The notes: a model not told the origin generated them from the sequence alone. Shown: positions 53,537 through 62,998, counted from the first letter of the stretch. The stretch: 64,000 nucleotides of DNA from a virus (IMGVR_UViG_3300046787_000200:213090-277089), one strand, 5' to 3'. Numbers and translations are program-made.

Positions 53537-54261
53537 GTAAGTGCAAGAAGCTTTGCTTCAGGAATACGTGTCTTAGTATTCTTTGAACCTAACAGGACTA
53601 CGGTCCTGATTCCATTTGCAGTATCAATCATCATAACGATACATCCACCTGCTTTACTAATAAAGCCTGTCTTACTGACTAAGAACTTATAGCCATTACC
53701 TACTAGACTATTTGTGTTTCTAAACTCTGCTGTTTTCTTCTTAGTAAGAGGCCAACGAACTGCATCCATATTACTTGCATGAACAATTAGTGGATACTGA
53801 CTTGCCGCAAGTACTAACTTAATCAAATCTTCTGCCGTACTTACGTTTGTATGAAATCTACCAGTTGGGTCAGTAAATGCACTATTAGACATTTGTAATG
53901 ATACTGCCTTTGCATTCATGGCTTCAACACAATTTTTATATCCACCGGGATAATAATCACATAACATCTTTGCGGCATTGTTGTCTGATTTTACAATTGC
54001 TAAATCAATCAATGTTTCACGTGTTAACTGCTTGTTGTACAATTTCTTTGGGATAATTTCCGTTAATGATTGTCCGCTGTCTAGTACGACCATTGCTGTC
54101 ATTAGTTTAGTAATGCTTGCGATACTACGGATCTCTGTGGTATTAGAACCTTCAAGTATCTTTCCATTAATATCAGCAACTAACCAAGCTTGCGCTGTTA
54201 ATGGGGTTGCATGTACTGAACTTGACACAAGCAATAATGTTATTAATAGTTTTTTAATCAT
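53530..54261 (-). CDS. serine-type D-Ala-D-Ala endopeptidase/carboxypeptidase (PBP7/PbpG-like, S11)
   Basis: Signal peptide, SITK (SxxK), SDN (SxN) and KTGF (KTG) motifs in the correct order. Confidence 0.7.
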   Translation of the reverse strand: MIKKLLITLLLVSSSVHATPLTAQAWLVADINGKILEGSNTTEIRSIASITKLMTAMVVLDSGQSLTEIIPKKLYNKQLTRETLIDLAIVKSDNNAAKMLCDYYPGGYKNCVEAMNAKAVSLQMSNSAFTDPTGRFHTNVSTAEDLIKLVLAASQYPLIVHASNMDAVRWPLTKKKTAEFRNTNSLVGNGYKFLVSKTGFISKAGGCIVMMIDTANGIRTVVLLGSKNTKTRIPEAKLLALTY

Positions 54262-54581
54262 ACTGATGGTCCTCTTTTATAATTTATAAGTTTCAAGTCA
54301 GTGCCTGTTCCAACAACACAGCTTAACTCATCTTTAGTTGCAATTATAGTCCAATCTTTATCAGTGCCATTCATCCAAACACTCATAGTAGATTCAGCTT
54401 CATCATCAGCTTTACCTGTTAGTAGTGGCAATTCTTTGTATTTCTCTCTGAGATTTTTAAAAAGTTCTTTTGTGTTATAGCACGGTAACTCTGCCTTCAC
54501 AGTGGTTTCTAATTTCTGAGAGTATAAATTGCTTGGTAATACTAAGCAACCTAAAATTAATATTAGGTAATGTAATTTCAC
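54258..54581 (-). CDS. secreted small protein
   Basis: Signal peptide MKLHYLILILGCLVLPSNLYSQ. ATGA-coupled to the PBP gene. Confidence 0.4.
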   Translation of the reverse strand: MKLHYLILILGCLVLPSNLYSQKLETTVKAELPCYNTKELFKNLREKYKELPLLTGKADDEAESTMSVWMNGTDKDWTIIATKDELSCVVGTGTDLKLINYKRGPSV

Positions 54582-54641
54582 TGGGATTCCTATTTTTACT
54601 ATTATAGCATATTATTGTTAAGTATGCTATTTAATCTTACC

Positions 54642-54824
54642 CTACTTGCAATCTTTGTTGTTTTTAACAAACCAATAATGCTTTTGTAATTCTCTAAGCA
54701 CTTCGCTTTCGGGTTGCTTGAATTGTCTTGCAGCCATTTCAACAAAATCTACCCATCTGAACCCGTAATCATTATTTCCTTGGCACCATTGTTGATACAT
54801 CAATTGTAATTCTCTGCCCGTCAT
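54642..54824 (-). CDS. hypothetical protein
   Basis: 60 aa minus-strand ORF. Confidence 0.3.
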   Translation of the reverse strand: MTGRELQLMYQQWCQGNNDYGFRWVDFVEMAARQFKQPESEVLRELQKHYWFVKNNKDCK

Positions 54825-54967
54825 TTCTTTTTCTTTTCTAGTGGTTCTTTTTGTTTAGTTACTTCGATTTTAGTTTCTTTCAACAGTTTTTCTGTTGTAG
54901 GGCTCGTGTAATGAGCATGAAGTTTAGGAGGATTCTTAGGTCTGGGCTTGTGTTTAAACCAACTCAT
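54821..54967 (-). CDS. hypothetical small basic protein (48 aa)
   Basis: Not in the track. ATGA-coupled to 54642-54824. Confidence 0.25.
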   Translation of the reverse strand: MSWFKHKPRPKNPPKLHAHYTSPTTEKLLKETKIEVTKQKEPLEKKKK

Positions 54968-55081
54968 AATAGTTCCTTTATGTTTATTTATCTACACACT
55001 TTATATTTGCCCATTTGTTGATAAATATCAATAGTAAAAACCATCTTTACTCAAATAAAAATAATAACAAGGAAAGAAAAG

Positions 55082-56209
55082 ATGAAAAAGACGATATTGG
55101 CTATAGCCATGAGCCTAAGCCTGGGTGTGATGGCTCAAACTACCACTACCTCAAGCAGTAGTGGAGGGACAACTACAGGAACAAGTACACTTATTAATCA
55201 AGGAACTTATGATTCTAAAAGTCTTGTAGATACAAATAGCACCAGTAACAGCACTAGCACAGTTACATCAAACAGTAATACAAATAGTACTAGCAATAGT
55301 AATAGTACCAGTGCGGTCACTAGCACTAGCACCAATACTAATAACAACAATAGCAATAGTACTAGTGTGAATACTAACAATAACATTCAAAGCGGAACTG
55401 TAACTAATAACAATAACAATGTTAATAGTGGGACAATGACATATAACAACAATAATGTCAATACAGGAACGATGACGTATAACAATAATAATGTTAGCAC
55501 AAGTACAAGTAATAACACAAACATTAACAAGAATGAAAATACTGGTACAATGACATATAACAACAATAATGTCAGTTCAAGTACGGCCACTAACAATAAC
55601 AACAATGTCAGCACAAGTACTGCCACTAACAATAATGTTAATACTGGTGATATGACTAACAGAAATATTAACACTTCAACTAGTTCTAGTACGGCTACTA
55701 ACAATAATATAAATCAAAATAATTCAGTTAATACGAATATTCAACAAGGTGAATTGACTAATAAGAATATCAACTCTACTGAGATTACACAAAAAGTTAT
55801 TCAGCCTCCACCTACTGCGGTAGCACCTGCTATGCTAAGTGGTGGAAACGCTGACCTATGTTCAACAGGTAGTTCAGGCAGCGTACAAACACAAGTGTTT
55901 GGTGTAAGTGCTGGCGGTACTGTACGTGATATGAATTGTGAACGATTAAAGTTGTCCAAGACCCTGTACGACATGGGCATGAAAGTTGCCGCAGTTGCTA
56001 CTATGTGTCAAGACCGTCGTGTGTTTGATGCTATGTTAGCCGCTGGCACACCTTGTCCGTTCGAAGGCAAGATAGGCGCACAAGCTCGTGCTGAATGGGA
56101 TGCAAATCCTGACAAGATTCCAAAACTAGATGAGGTAAAATTAGATGATACTTATAAGAAAGTTGGCATTGGCGCTATCCTTGGCGTTCTTGTCCACAAG
56201 TTATTCTAA
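55082..56209 (+). CDS. secreted Ser/Thr/Asn-rich repetitive protein with a conserved Cys-containing C-terminal domain
   Basis: Signal peptide MKKTILAIAMSLSLGVMA. GTMTYNNNNV tandem repeats. C-terminal domain with 4 Cys and a hydrophobic tail. Confidence 0.55.
   Translation: MKKTILAIAMSLSLGVMAQTTTTSSSSGGTTTGTSTLINQGTYDSKSLVDTNSTSNSTSTVTSNSNTNSTSNSNSTSAVTSTSTNTNNNNSNSTSVNTNNNIQSGTVTNNNNNVNSGTMTYNNNNVNTGTMTYNNNNVSTSTSNNTNINKNENTGTMTYNNNNVSSSTATNNNNNVSTSTATNNNVNTGDMTNRNINTSTSSSTATNNNINQNNSVNTNIQQGELTNKNINSTEITQKVIQPPPTAVAPAMLSGGNADLCSTGSSGSVQTQVFGVSAGGTVRDMNCERLKLSKTLYDMGMKVAAVATMCQDRRVFDAMLAAGTPCPFEGKIGAQARAEWDANPDKIPKLDEVKLDDTYKKVGIGAILGVLVHKLF
55420..55650 (+). repeat. in-frame tandem coding repeats (about 30-nt units encoding NNNNV(N/S)TGTMTY)
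   Basis: At least four near-identical units are visible within the 55082 ORF. Confidence 0.5.
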
Positions 56210-57824
56210 TAGTCAACAAATAGACACTACTGGTAATCTGACTAACTTTACTAATCAGGCTACTAGTATAACCTCTACTTGGCAAAATGCAGGTACTATA
56301 GGTCAACCTCTTACATGTTGGTACAGCGGTGATCCGGGCTATTGTGGTCCATTACCTAGAGTGGCTGCCTGGGGAGAAGGTAGTAATATCATTAACTTCT
56401 CGTATGGATTAACAGATTTATATCAAGTGGTTAACATCAAAAACGCATTACCTAACTCAGGTACAGGATTACAAGTCAATGGATTTAACTTTGGATTCAC
56501 TGCAAAAAACGGCAATGGATGGGATGACGGAAGACAAGATTACTTAACAGCTTATGTAAACATCTACAACAACACAAATTCAAAGGTACTTGAGTCTTAT
56601 AATTATAACGTGAATGGTCAATACAACTGGACACAGTTTTATTGGTCAGAAACATTCAAGTCACCATATGGTGTGCCTAGTCTAGGCAATGCTCAATACG
56701 GACTTATTGGTAAAGATAATAACTTTTGGGTTGGACCTTATGGTCCAGAAGTATCAGGTGTAAATTTTAGTTTAAAGTATAGTGTTGATCCTTGTGCAAC
56801 AAATCCACTATACTCACCTACATGTAAGGGCTACATGGATGCATTAGCAAAATTAGGTCCCGCTATTTTAACATCTACTGATACACCACCGCCTCCTCCA
56901 CCTGAAGATGGTGCGCCTCCAGCACCACCTCCTCCGGGTAGTCCTCCCCCACCTAGTAACCCGCAACAGTCTGGTCCTCTACCCCCTCCCGGTAGTCCAC
57001 CGCCTCCGGCAGGCTCTCAACCGCGTACAAATGAAACTAAAACTGCTAGTGATAATAAAGCGGGTCCTAGTTTAGGTTCTGTGTTGAGTATGATTAGCAG
57101 TAACCAAGCTAGAATAGGTAATGAAACTAAAGCAGTTGTTCAAGCCGCTGAGTCAGCCGCGGCTAAAGATGCACTACAAGCACAAGAACAGGCTGAGGCA
57201 GTTGCCGGGACATTGACTGCACAAAGTGTTACTAGCAGTATGGTAACTACAGGATCAACAACCTCACAAACAAACACATCTTCACAAACATCTGCGGTTG
57301 CCGTAGTAAACACTACACAAACTAACGTAGTTAGTGTCAGTGGATTACGTGCACCAATTCAGACTGTATTTTCTGACCCTAATATTACAATGAATAACAA
57401 TACATCATTTGGATCAACAGAAATGATGTATAGTTTGCAATCACCACAAGGTCGCAATGCTACTACTGAAATAGAAATCCCGCAGAATGAAGGTATCAAA
57501 ATGGGAACACGTTCTGTATTGAATGATGCGATTGAAGAACGACCAGTAGTACAAAATACAACTACACAAGAACAAAAGGCAGAAACAGTGAACAGAAATG
57601 TACAACCAAACGAATTAGCAGGTAAAGTAGATATTGCATCAATGGCGACACAACCTACAGGATATCAAGCATATTCTATGATGATGCCCGATGTAGCTTT
57701 CTATGCACCAAAAGAGATTTATAAGAATCAAAAGAACGTTGATAACGCTAGATTGTTAAGAGGTTTAGGTAGTGATAGACTACACCAAGAGATGGTTAAT
57801 CAACAGTATGCACCAAGGAATTAA
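56145..57824 (+). CDS. secreted protein with a beta-rich N-terminal domain, Pro-rich linker and Ser/Thr/Gln-rich C-terminus
   Basis: Signal-like N-terminus. PPPPPPEDGAPPAPPPPGSPPPP linker. Overlaps the previous ORF by 64 nt. Confidence 0.45.
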   Translation: MILIRKLALALSLAFLSTSYSNSQQIDTTGNLTNFTNQATSITSTWQNAGTIGQPLTCWYSGDPGYCGPLPRVAAWGEGSNIINFSYGLTDLYQVVNIKNALPNSGTGLQVNGFNFGFTAKNGNGWDDGRQDYLTAYVNIYNNTNSKVLESYNYNVNGQYNWTQFYWSETFKSPYGVPSLGNAQYGLIGKDNNFWVGPYGPEVSGVNFSLKYSVDPCATNPLYSPTCKGYMDALAKLGPAILTSTDTPPPPPPEDGAPPAPPPPGSPPPPSNPQQSGPLPPPGSPPPPAGSQPRTNETKTASDNKAGPSLGSVLSMISSNQARIGNETKAVVQAAESAAAKDALQAQEQAEAVAGTLTAQSVTSSMVTTGSTTSQTNTSSQTSAVAVVNTTQTNVVSVSGLRAPIQTVFSDPNITMNNNTSFGSTEMMYSLQSPQGRNATTEIEIPQNEGIKMGTRSVLNDAIEERPVVQNTTTQEQKAETVNRNVQPNELAGKVDIASMATQPTGYQAYSMMMPDVAFYAPKEIYKNQKNVDNARLLRGLGSDRLHQEMVNQQYAPRN

Positions 57825-57825
57825 T

Positions 57826-57963
57826 ATGAGTGCCGAAACATTACTGACAATTATAACATTCTTATTGTTAGTGTACTCCGGTATACTTTCGTATATATTA
57901 TATAGAGTTGTAGTGGTGATGCTTACAGAAGCAGACAAGAAGAAAAAGAATTCATTATTTTAA
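57826..57963 (+). CDS. small single-pass membrane protein (45 aa)
   Basis: Track ORF 57772-57963 trimmed to the ATG after the previous stop. LLTIITFLLLVYSGILSYILYRVVVVML. Confidence 0.35.
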   Translation: MSAETLLTIITFLLLVYSGILSYILYRVVVVMLTEADKKKKNSLF

Positions 57964-57974
57964 AGGAAAATGAT

Positions 57975-58562
57975 ATGTCAGAAGAAATTAAAGACGTTAA
58001 CGCAAAGATTGACGAAGCAGAAGCGGCAATGAAGAAGTATGCTAGTAAAGATACTGTTATCAGTATCGGTGGCTACGAATTTACACCTGCTAAACTAATG
58101 GTAGCATTCACCATTGTGAGTTCTACATTAGGTGGATTATATGGTGCTTTTGAAGTTTACAAAGACTATCAGAGTATGAAGAAGAAAATTGCTGAGTATA
58201 GTGCGCCGGACTTATCTGGCTTTGACAAACGACTAGCAGTCATTGAAGAAAACAGTGCCAAAACTAGTGACTATACACGTGATATCAAAACAGACTTAAA
58301 GAATGATTTGCGTAGAAATGAATCAGTTACAGAACAAGTTGAGCGTAGTGTTAAACAGGCACAGCGTGAAACTGAAAGTGAAATGCGTGAAATGCGTAAA
58401 GCTGTACGTGAAGATTTAGAAAAAGCAAGAAATGAAGCTAACACTATTCGTAGAGAGATGGCTGACGCACGTAGAGAAATTGAGCGTGAAGTAGTCCAAT
58501 TAAAGAAAGAAGTTGATAGCAAAATTCAGAAGGCTATCGATAATCCGTTAGCAAACAAATGA
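57975..58562 (+). CDS. membrane-anchored coiled-coil protein
   Basis: One TM (LMVAFTIVSSTLGGLYGAF) followed by a long charged heptad-like region. AAAGGAAAATGATATG ribosome-binding site. Confidence 0.5.
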   Translation: MSEEIKDVNAKIDEAEAAMKKYASKDTVISIGGYEFTPAKLMVAFTIVSSTLGGLYGAFEVYKDYQSMKKKIAEYSAPDLSGFDKRLAVIEENSAKTSDYTRDIKTDLKNDLRRNESVTEQVERSVKQAQRETESEMREMRKAVREDLEKARNEANTIRREMADARREIEREVVQLKKEVDSKIQKAIDNPLANK

Positions 58563-58719
58563 GATATCTAGTGCTACTGTTGGTGGGTATAACTATCCCG
58601 TCGACAGCGGCACGATGGGAATGTGTTCGTTGGGTATGGAGTGGCGATGTTTACAATCGTAAAGTAGTATGTTTAGAATGGCGAGATAGAGATGCACCGA
58701 AAAAGGTTGATAAGAAGAA

Positions 58720-59208
58720 ATGATAGATCCTATTACTATTGGTATTGCTTTTGCTACTGCACAGAAAACAGTAGGTTACATTAAGCAAGCCGTTGCCTTA
58801 GGAAAAGATGTTAACAGTCTTTACAAACAATTCAGTAGTTTTTTTATAAATTGCGACACAGTTCATTCTGGTAGTATGGAATTACAAGCCAAGATTGAAA
58901 AATCCATGTTATCAGATGGACAAATTAGAGCACAATCTTTGCAAATTGCTATGCAAAGTAAAGCATTAAGAGAAGCAGAAAAGCAACTGAAAGACATATT
59001 AATTTGGTCGGGCAACAAAGATGTGTGGGACGAAATGATGCGTGAGCGTATTCGTATGTATAAGGAAAGAGCGGCGGCAGAAAAGAAACGCAGAGAAGTC
59101 ATTGCCAAAGCACATGCTGATATGATTGATAGAGTGCTAATCGGAATTAGTACGATGGCAATAGGTGTCCCTGTAATGTTGGGATGTTTCACTGTAGTAG
59201 TCAGATAA
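58720..59208 (+). CDS. coiled-coil protein with a C-terminal TM anchor
   Basis: C-terminal LIGISTMAIGVPVMLGCFTVVV. Confidence 0.45.
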   Translation: MIDPITIGIAFATAQKTVGYIKQAVALGKDVNSLYKQFSSFFINCDTVHSGSMELQAKIEKSMLSDGQIRAQSLQIAMQSKALREAEKQLKDILIWSGNKDVWDEMMRERIRMYKERAAAEKKRREVIAKAHADMIDRVLIGISTMAIGVPVMLGCFTVVVR

Positions 59209-59228
59209 ATAATTTAAAGGAGCATTTT

Positions 59229-59765
59229 ATGGCAGAAGTAAAAACATTATCACGTTCAGAGCGTGAAGCACAAATTAAAGACAAAGCAGGTTGGGTTATC
59301 ACCGTCATCGCTTTATTACTAGCATGCACTACATATGTAGCGAACGGATTTAGTAGCAAGATACTAAGTAACACCATCAAAGCAAATGATACTTGGAATT
59401 TCTATCAAGCTAAAAGTATCAAGCAAAGTATCGCTGAAGGTCAATTAGAAGAAACTAAAGATCCAAAGCGTAAAGAAATGTTACAAGCTAAGATTGACCG
59501 TTATGAATCTGACCCTGTTAAAAATGAGGGTAAGAAAGAATTAATGGCTAAAGCATTGAAGATTGAAGCCGAGCGTGACGAAGCTAAGAAGCATACACCG
59601 TGGTTAACATTTGCCGCAATGGCATTTCAGTTAGCGATTGTATTATTATCTGCTAGTATTTTGGCTGTAGATAAGCGTATGTTTTGGGGAAGTATCGCAG
59701 TAAGTACATTCGGGGCAATACTATTAGCCCAGGGCATTTGGCTTTTCTTGCCATTTGCGATATAA
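59229..59765 (+). CDS. two-TM membrane protein
   Basis: Start at the ATG after AAGGAG. Two hydrophobic helices. Confidence 0.45.
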   Translation: MAEVKTLSRSEREAQIKDKAGWVITVIALLLACTTYVANGFSSKILSNTIKANDTWNFYQAKSIKQSIAEGQLEETKDPKRKEMLQAKIDRYESDPVKNEGKKELMAKALKIEAERDEAKKHTPWLTFAAMAFQLAIVLLSASILAVDKRMFWGSIAVSTFGAILLAQGIWLFLPFAI

Positions 59766-59772
59766 TGTATCA

Positions 59773-60321
59773 ATGAAACTTGACGAATTAGAAAAAAACA
59801 AAATGCCCCATCTATATTTGGATATGGATGGGGTCCAAGCTGATTTCTTTGGAGCTTGGGCAAAAAGACATGGCCTTACACATTACAAAGAAATACCTCA
59901 TCCAGAAGATGCTATTAATGAATTGGCTCATAGCAGTCCAAAAGAGGTATATCATTTCTTCCATAAGTTGCAACCACTACAAGGTGGTATGAAAATCATT
60001 CAATGGTTGCACAAAAACAAGATTCCGTTCACTGTATTAAGTGCCCCATTACGTGGCCCATATGCTAGTTCTAGTATACAAGCTAAAAAAGATTGGTTAG
60101 ACAAACATAATCCAGGCACTAGTAATAATGCTATATTTACTAGCAAAAAGTTTAAATATGCTACTGATAACGGTGAACAGAATGTGTTAGTAGATGACTT
60201 CGGTAGATACTTAGACGGTTGGAGTAATGCAGGTGGCATTGCAGTTAAGCACGAAGATAGTAATACCAATAATACAATTAATGAGTTAGAAAAGATTTAC
60301 GCACCTTATATAAACAGATAA
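59773..60321 (+). CDS. HAD-family 5'(3')-deoxyribonucleotidase-like protein
   Basis: LYLDMDGVQADF (the DxDGV-ADF motif I of the dNT family). Confidence 0.5.
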   Translation: MKLDELEKNKMPHLYLDMDGVQADFFGAWAKRHGLTHYKEIPHPEDAINELAHSSPKEVYHFFHKLQPLQGGMKIIQWLHKNKIPFTVLSAPLRGPYASSSIQAKKDWLDKHNPGTSNNAIFTSKKFKYATDNGEQNVLVDDFGRYLDGWSNAGGIAVKHEDSNTNNTINELEKIYAPYINR

Positions 60322-60328
60322 GTAAAGT

Positions 60329-60514
60329 ATGTCTAAGAAAAATCCAGCAAAAAATTATGATAGCTATGAAGTTATCACCCAAGAAGATCCTGAAACGGGC
60401 GATATGTTGATACCCATTCCTCCTCATTTGTTAGCAGAATTAGGTTGGAAAGAAGGAGATGATGTTGATTTTTCTATCGATGAAAAAGGCAGAATAATAG
60501 TTAAAAAAGTATGA
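60329..60514 (+). CDS. hypothetical protein
   Basis: 61 aa ORF. Confidence 0.35.
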   Translation: MSKKNPAKNYDSYEVITQEDPETGDMLIPIPPHLLAELGWKEGDDVDFSIDEKGRIIVKKV

Positions 60515-60948
60515 GTTATTCAATATACGACAATACAATGAATACTGTTAACACAGTATCAGTTACCGGCCCTACTCCATCCCCGGTATATACTACTACC
60601 GGAACAGGAAGTTCAGGACTATATTGGGGTATGAATGGGACGAGCGGTGGTTCTGGTCAAGTACTGACTACAAACGGCACTAATCCTAGTTGGATTACTG
60701 CAGATCCAAATCTAAAAGGTGCATCAATTCAAGTTAAAGGTGATGCTGAGTTTGACGGTGAAGTCACTATTAAAGGCAAGAAGCTAACAGAAATGTTTGA
60801 AAAGATAGAAGAACGATTAGCTATCCTTCACCCAAACCCAGAGTTAGAAGATAAATGGGAAAATCTTCGTGGCTTACGCAAAGCTTACATGGAATTAGAG
60901 CAGGAAATCATAGAAAAAGAGCGTGTTTGGAAGATTCTAAAAGATTGA
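60511..60948 (+). CDS. hypothetical protein
   Basis: 145 aa. Stop TGA lies inside the next -35. Confidence 0.4.
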   Translation: MSYSIYDNTMNTVNTVSVTGPTPSPVYTTTGTGSSGLYWGMNGTSGGSGQVLTTNGTNPSWITADPNLKGASIQVKGDAEFDGEVTIKGKKLTEMFEKIEERLAILHPNPELEDKWENLRGLRKAYMELEQEIIEKERVWKILKD

Positions 60949-60973
60949 CAAATATTCCATATTTTGCTATAAT
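60945..60973 (+). promoter_or_regulatory. consensus early promoter TTGACA-N17-TATAAT
   Basis: TTGACA at 60945, TATAAT at 60968. Confidence 0.5.
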
Positions 60974-61005
60974 AGAGACTGTTTAATAACTATGACCTAC
61001 ACATC

Positions 61006-61398
61006 ATGACCATGCACTTAGCACATCCCGCACTATCCATGGGCGGCAAACGCAAAGGTAAAACAAAGTTTCGCAATAGCGCAGAAGCTCAGAAAGCCCG
61101 TCAGCTTGATGCTGATTGGAAAGAATTACAGAAAAAATGGGAAGTCGATGCCGATGACAAAAAGCGCAAACGTGCATTGGCGGCTGAACCATTATCATAT
61201 AACTTATCAGCACCGGTAGGTCGTGCGACATCAAACAACATCCCAAGTCGTGTAACTGCAGGTGGTTCTACTGCACCTATTCATAAGGTCTATACTGGTA
61301 ATAAGATTCTTGGTATTGGTACTATGCACAAAAGTAATGCTGTGCCTATCTTTAGTGACGAGCAGGCTGTAGAAATTTCAAGGATGCGCCGTGGCTGA
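61006..61398 (+). CDS. hypothetical basic protein
   Basis: 130 aa ORF. Confidence 0.4.
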   Translation: MTMHLAHPALSMGGKRKGKTKFRNSAEAQKARQLDADWKELQKKWEVDADDKKRKRALAAEPLSYNLSAPVGRATSNNIPSRVTAGGSTAPIHKVYTGNKILGIGTMHKSNAVPIFSDEQAVEISRMRRG

Positions 61399-61675
61399 GT
61401 ATACTTTCTATTGTGTAGTGTCTAAAGATCGCCCACAACTTGAAATTAGTGCAGGTACATATAGATTTACTTCAATGAGTACCTATCATAGAAATACTAA
61501 AATAGTTGCGGCAAGCGACAAAGTTTGGCGTGTGGGTCCTAAAGGTGGTGTAAAGATTACCAAAGACCGTTATCATTTGTTTGGTAGCAGTAAATATGTT
61601 ACCAAAGATGAAACACAAATGAAACAATTTATGTGGGTTAAACTACAAGCCCAAGAATTTAAAAAAGGAGCGTAA
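61391..61675 (+). CDS. hypothetical protein
   Basis: 94 aa ORF. Confidence 0.4.
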   Translation: MAEYTFYCVVSKDRPQLEISAGTYRFTSMSTYHRNTKIVAASDKVWRVGPKGGVKITKDRYHLFGSSKYVTKDETQMKQFMWVKLQAQEFKKGA

Positions 61676-61686
61676 AGCAAACATAT

Positions 61687-61902
61687 ATGGCTAAAGAAGA
61701 AGGCATTAGGATGGACGGTAAGGTAATCGATGTATTACCTAATGCCGTCTTTAGAGTTACATTAAACAGCGGTGCTACTGTTACCGGCTATATATCGGGT
61801 AAGATGCGTCAGCACGATATTAAAATACTATTAGGTGACACTGTAGAAATTGAGTTTAGTCCATATGATTTGACTAAAGGTCGCATAGTAAGACGCAGAT
61901 AA
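61687..61902 (+). CDS. infA: translation initiation factor IF-1
   Basis: 71 aa. [24 protein letters not shown] ... GYISGKMR ... [22 protein letters not shown] is near-collinear with bacterial IF-1 (S1/OB fold). Confidence 0.85.
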   Translation: MAKEEGIRMDGKVIDVLPNAVFRVTLNSGATVTGYISGKMRQHDIKILLGDTVEIEFSPYDLTKGRIVRRR

Positions 61903-62648
61903 TGTTACACATTAATGATGGGTTTTTAGGATTAAGCCCAATGCATACTGTCAATAATATTAATAATACTCTCTATTCAGGGCATGATAGTTTAGAACTA
62001 TACAAAAAGAACTTGAAGTATAAACCAATCGATTGGTATTACAGAGATAAAATGATAAATTATTCCTACAATAATTTAGGTCACAGATGTAAACCTATCA
62101 GAGAAATCAATTTAGAAAATTATATCCTATTTATAGGATGTAGCCATACTGAAGGTGTAGGTAATCTATTAGAAGATACATTTCCCTATATTGTATCTAA
62201 TGAGTTACAATGCGATTATTATAACTTATCTATTGGTGGTACCGGAATCGATACAATGGTTTATAATTTAAATATGTGGTTGCATAAGATTAAAAATCCA
62301 CCAAAATATATAGTCTGGCAACAACCAGAACCAACTAGATATCTATCATATGATGATAAAACTATTAATATAAATGGACTTTGGCACAATACAGAACTAG
62401 TGCAAAACTTCATTATTGCCGGGGATATGAATAACTTCTTTAATGCTAGAGTAAAACTAGCACAGGAACTATTAAAACAAATACCTAATGTCATTCAAAT
62501 TGACTTTTTTACAAAAACAAATAACAATATATTCTTTGAAAAGCTAGATTCAGCAAGAGATGATCGCCATTACGGTATGTTATCTAATAGAAATGTTGCA
62601 AACTTATTAATAGAAAATATAAAAAATCATAATAATAAGGATAAATAA
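61902..62648 (+). CDS. SGNH-like hydrolase paralog
   Basis: [11 protein letters not shown] and ARDDRHYG blocks parallel those of the ORF at 19439. Confidence 0.4.
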   Translation: MLHINDGFLGLSPMHTVNNINNTLYSGHDSLELYKKNLKYKPIDWYYRDKMINYSYNNLGHRCKPIREINLENYILFIGCSHTEGVGNLLEDTFPYIVSNELQCDYYNLSIGGTGIDTMVYNLNMWLHKIKNPPKYIVWQQPEPTRYLSYDDKTININGLWHNTELVQNFIIAGDMNNFFNARVKLAQELLKQIPNVIQIDFFTKTNNNIFFEKLDSARDDRHYGMLSNRNVANLLIENIKNHNNKDK

Positions 62649-62652
62649 TAGT

Positions 62653-62985
62653 ATGAATTTAACAATCACCGAATCAGCAGCCGCTAGAATGGCTGAATTA
62701 TTAGCAGACGAAGGTTTAACAGACCACACTAGAGTTCGTGTTTTTGTTCAAGGAGGGGGCTGTTCCGGTATGGAATATGGCTTTACTTTTTCGGATGAAA
62801 AGAACGAAGATGACTGGGAAGTTCCAGCCGGCTCATCAGTTGTATTAGTTGATAGTATGTCAGCCCAATACTTAAGTAGCGCAGAAATTGACTATGTTGA
62901 AGATTTAAACGGTGCTAGATTCAAAATAAACAATCCAAACGCACAAACTACGTGCGGATGCGGTAGTAGCTTTAGTCCATTCTGA
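62653..62985 (+). CDS. iscA: A-type iron-sulfur cluster carrier (IscA/ErpA, HesB family)
   Basis: [15 protein letters not shown] and a C-terminal CGCGSSF. Confidence 0.8.
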   Translation: MNLTITESAAARMAELLADEGLTDHTRVRVFVQGGGCSGMEYGFTFSDEKNEDDWEVPAGSSVVLVDSMSAQYLSSAEIDYVEDLNGARFKINNPNAQTTCGCGSSFSPF

Positions 62986-62998
62986 TGATATAGCATTT

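Noticed and set aside
55420-55650. Possible CRISPR-like or non-coding repeat array
   Set aside because: The repeats are in frame inside a long ORF with a signal peptide, have no spacer structure, and encode low-complexity peptide repeats.
55387-55704. Minus-strand 105-aa Leu/Val-rich ORF
   Set aside because: It is antisense to the AAT/AAC-rich repeat coding region of the secreted protein gene, so it is an artefact of codon composition.
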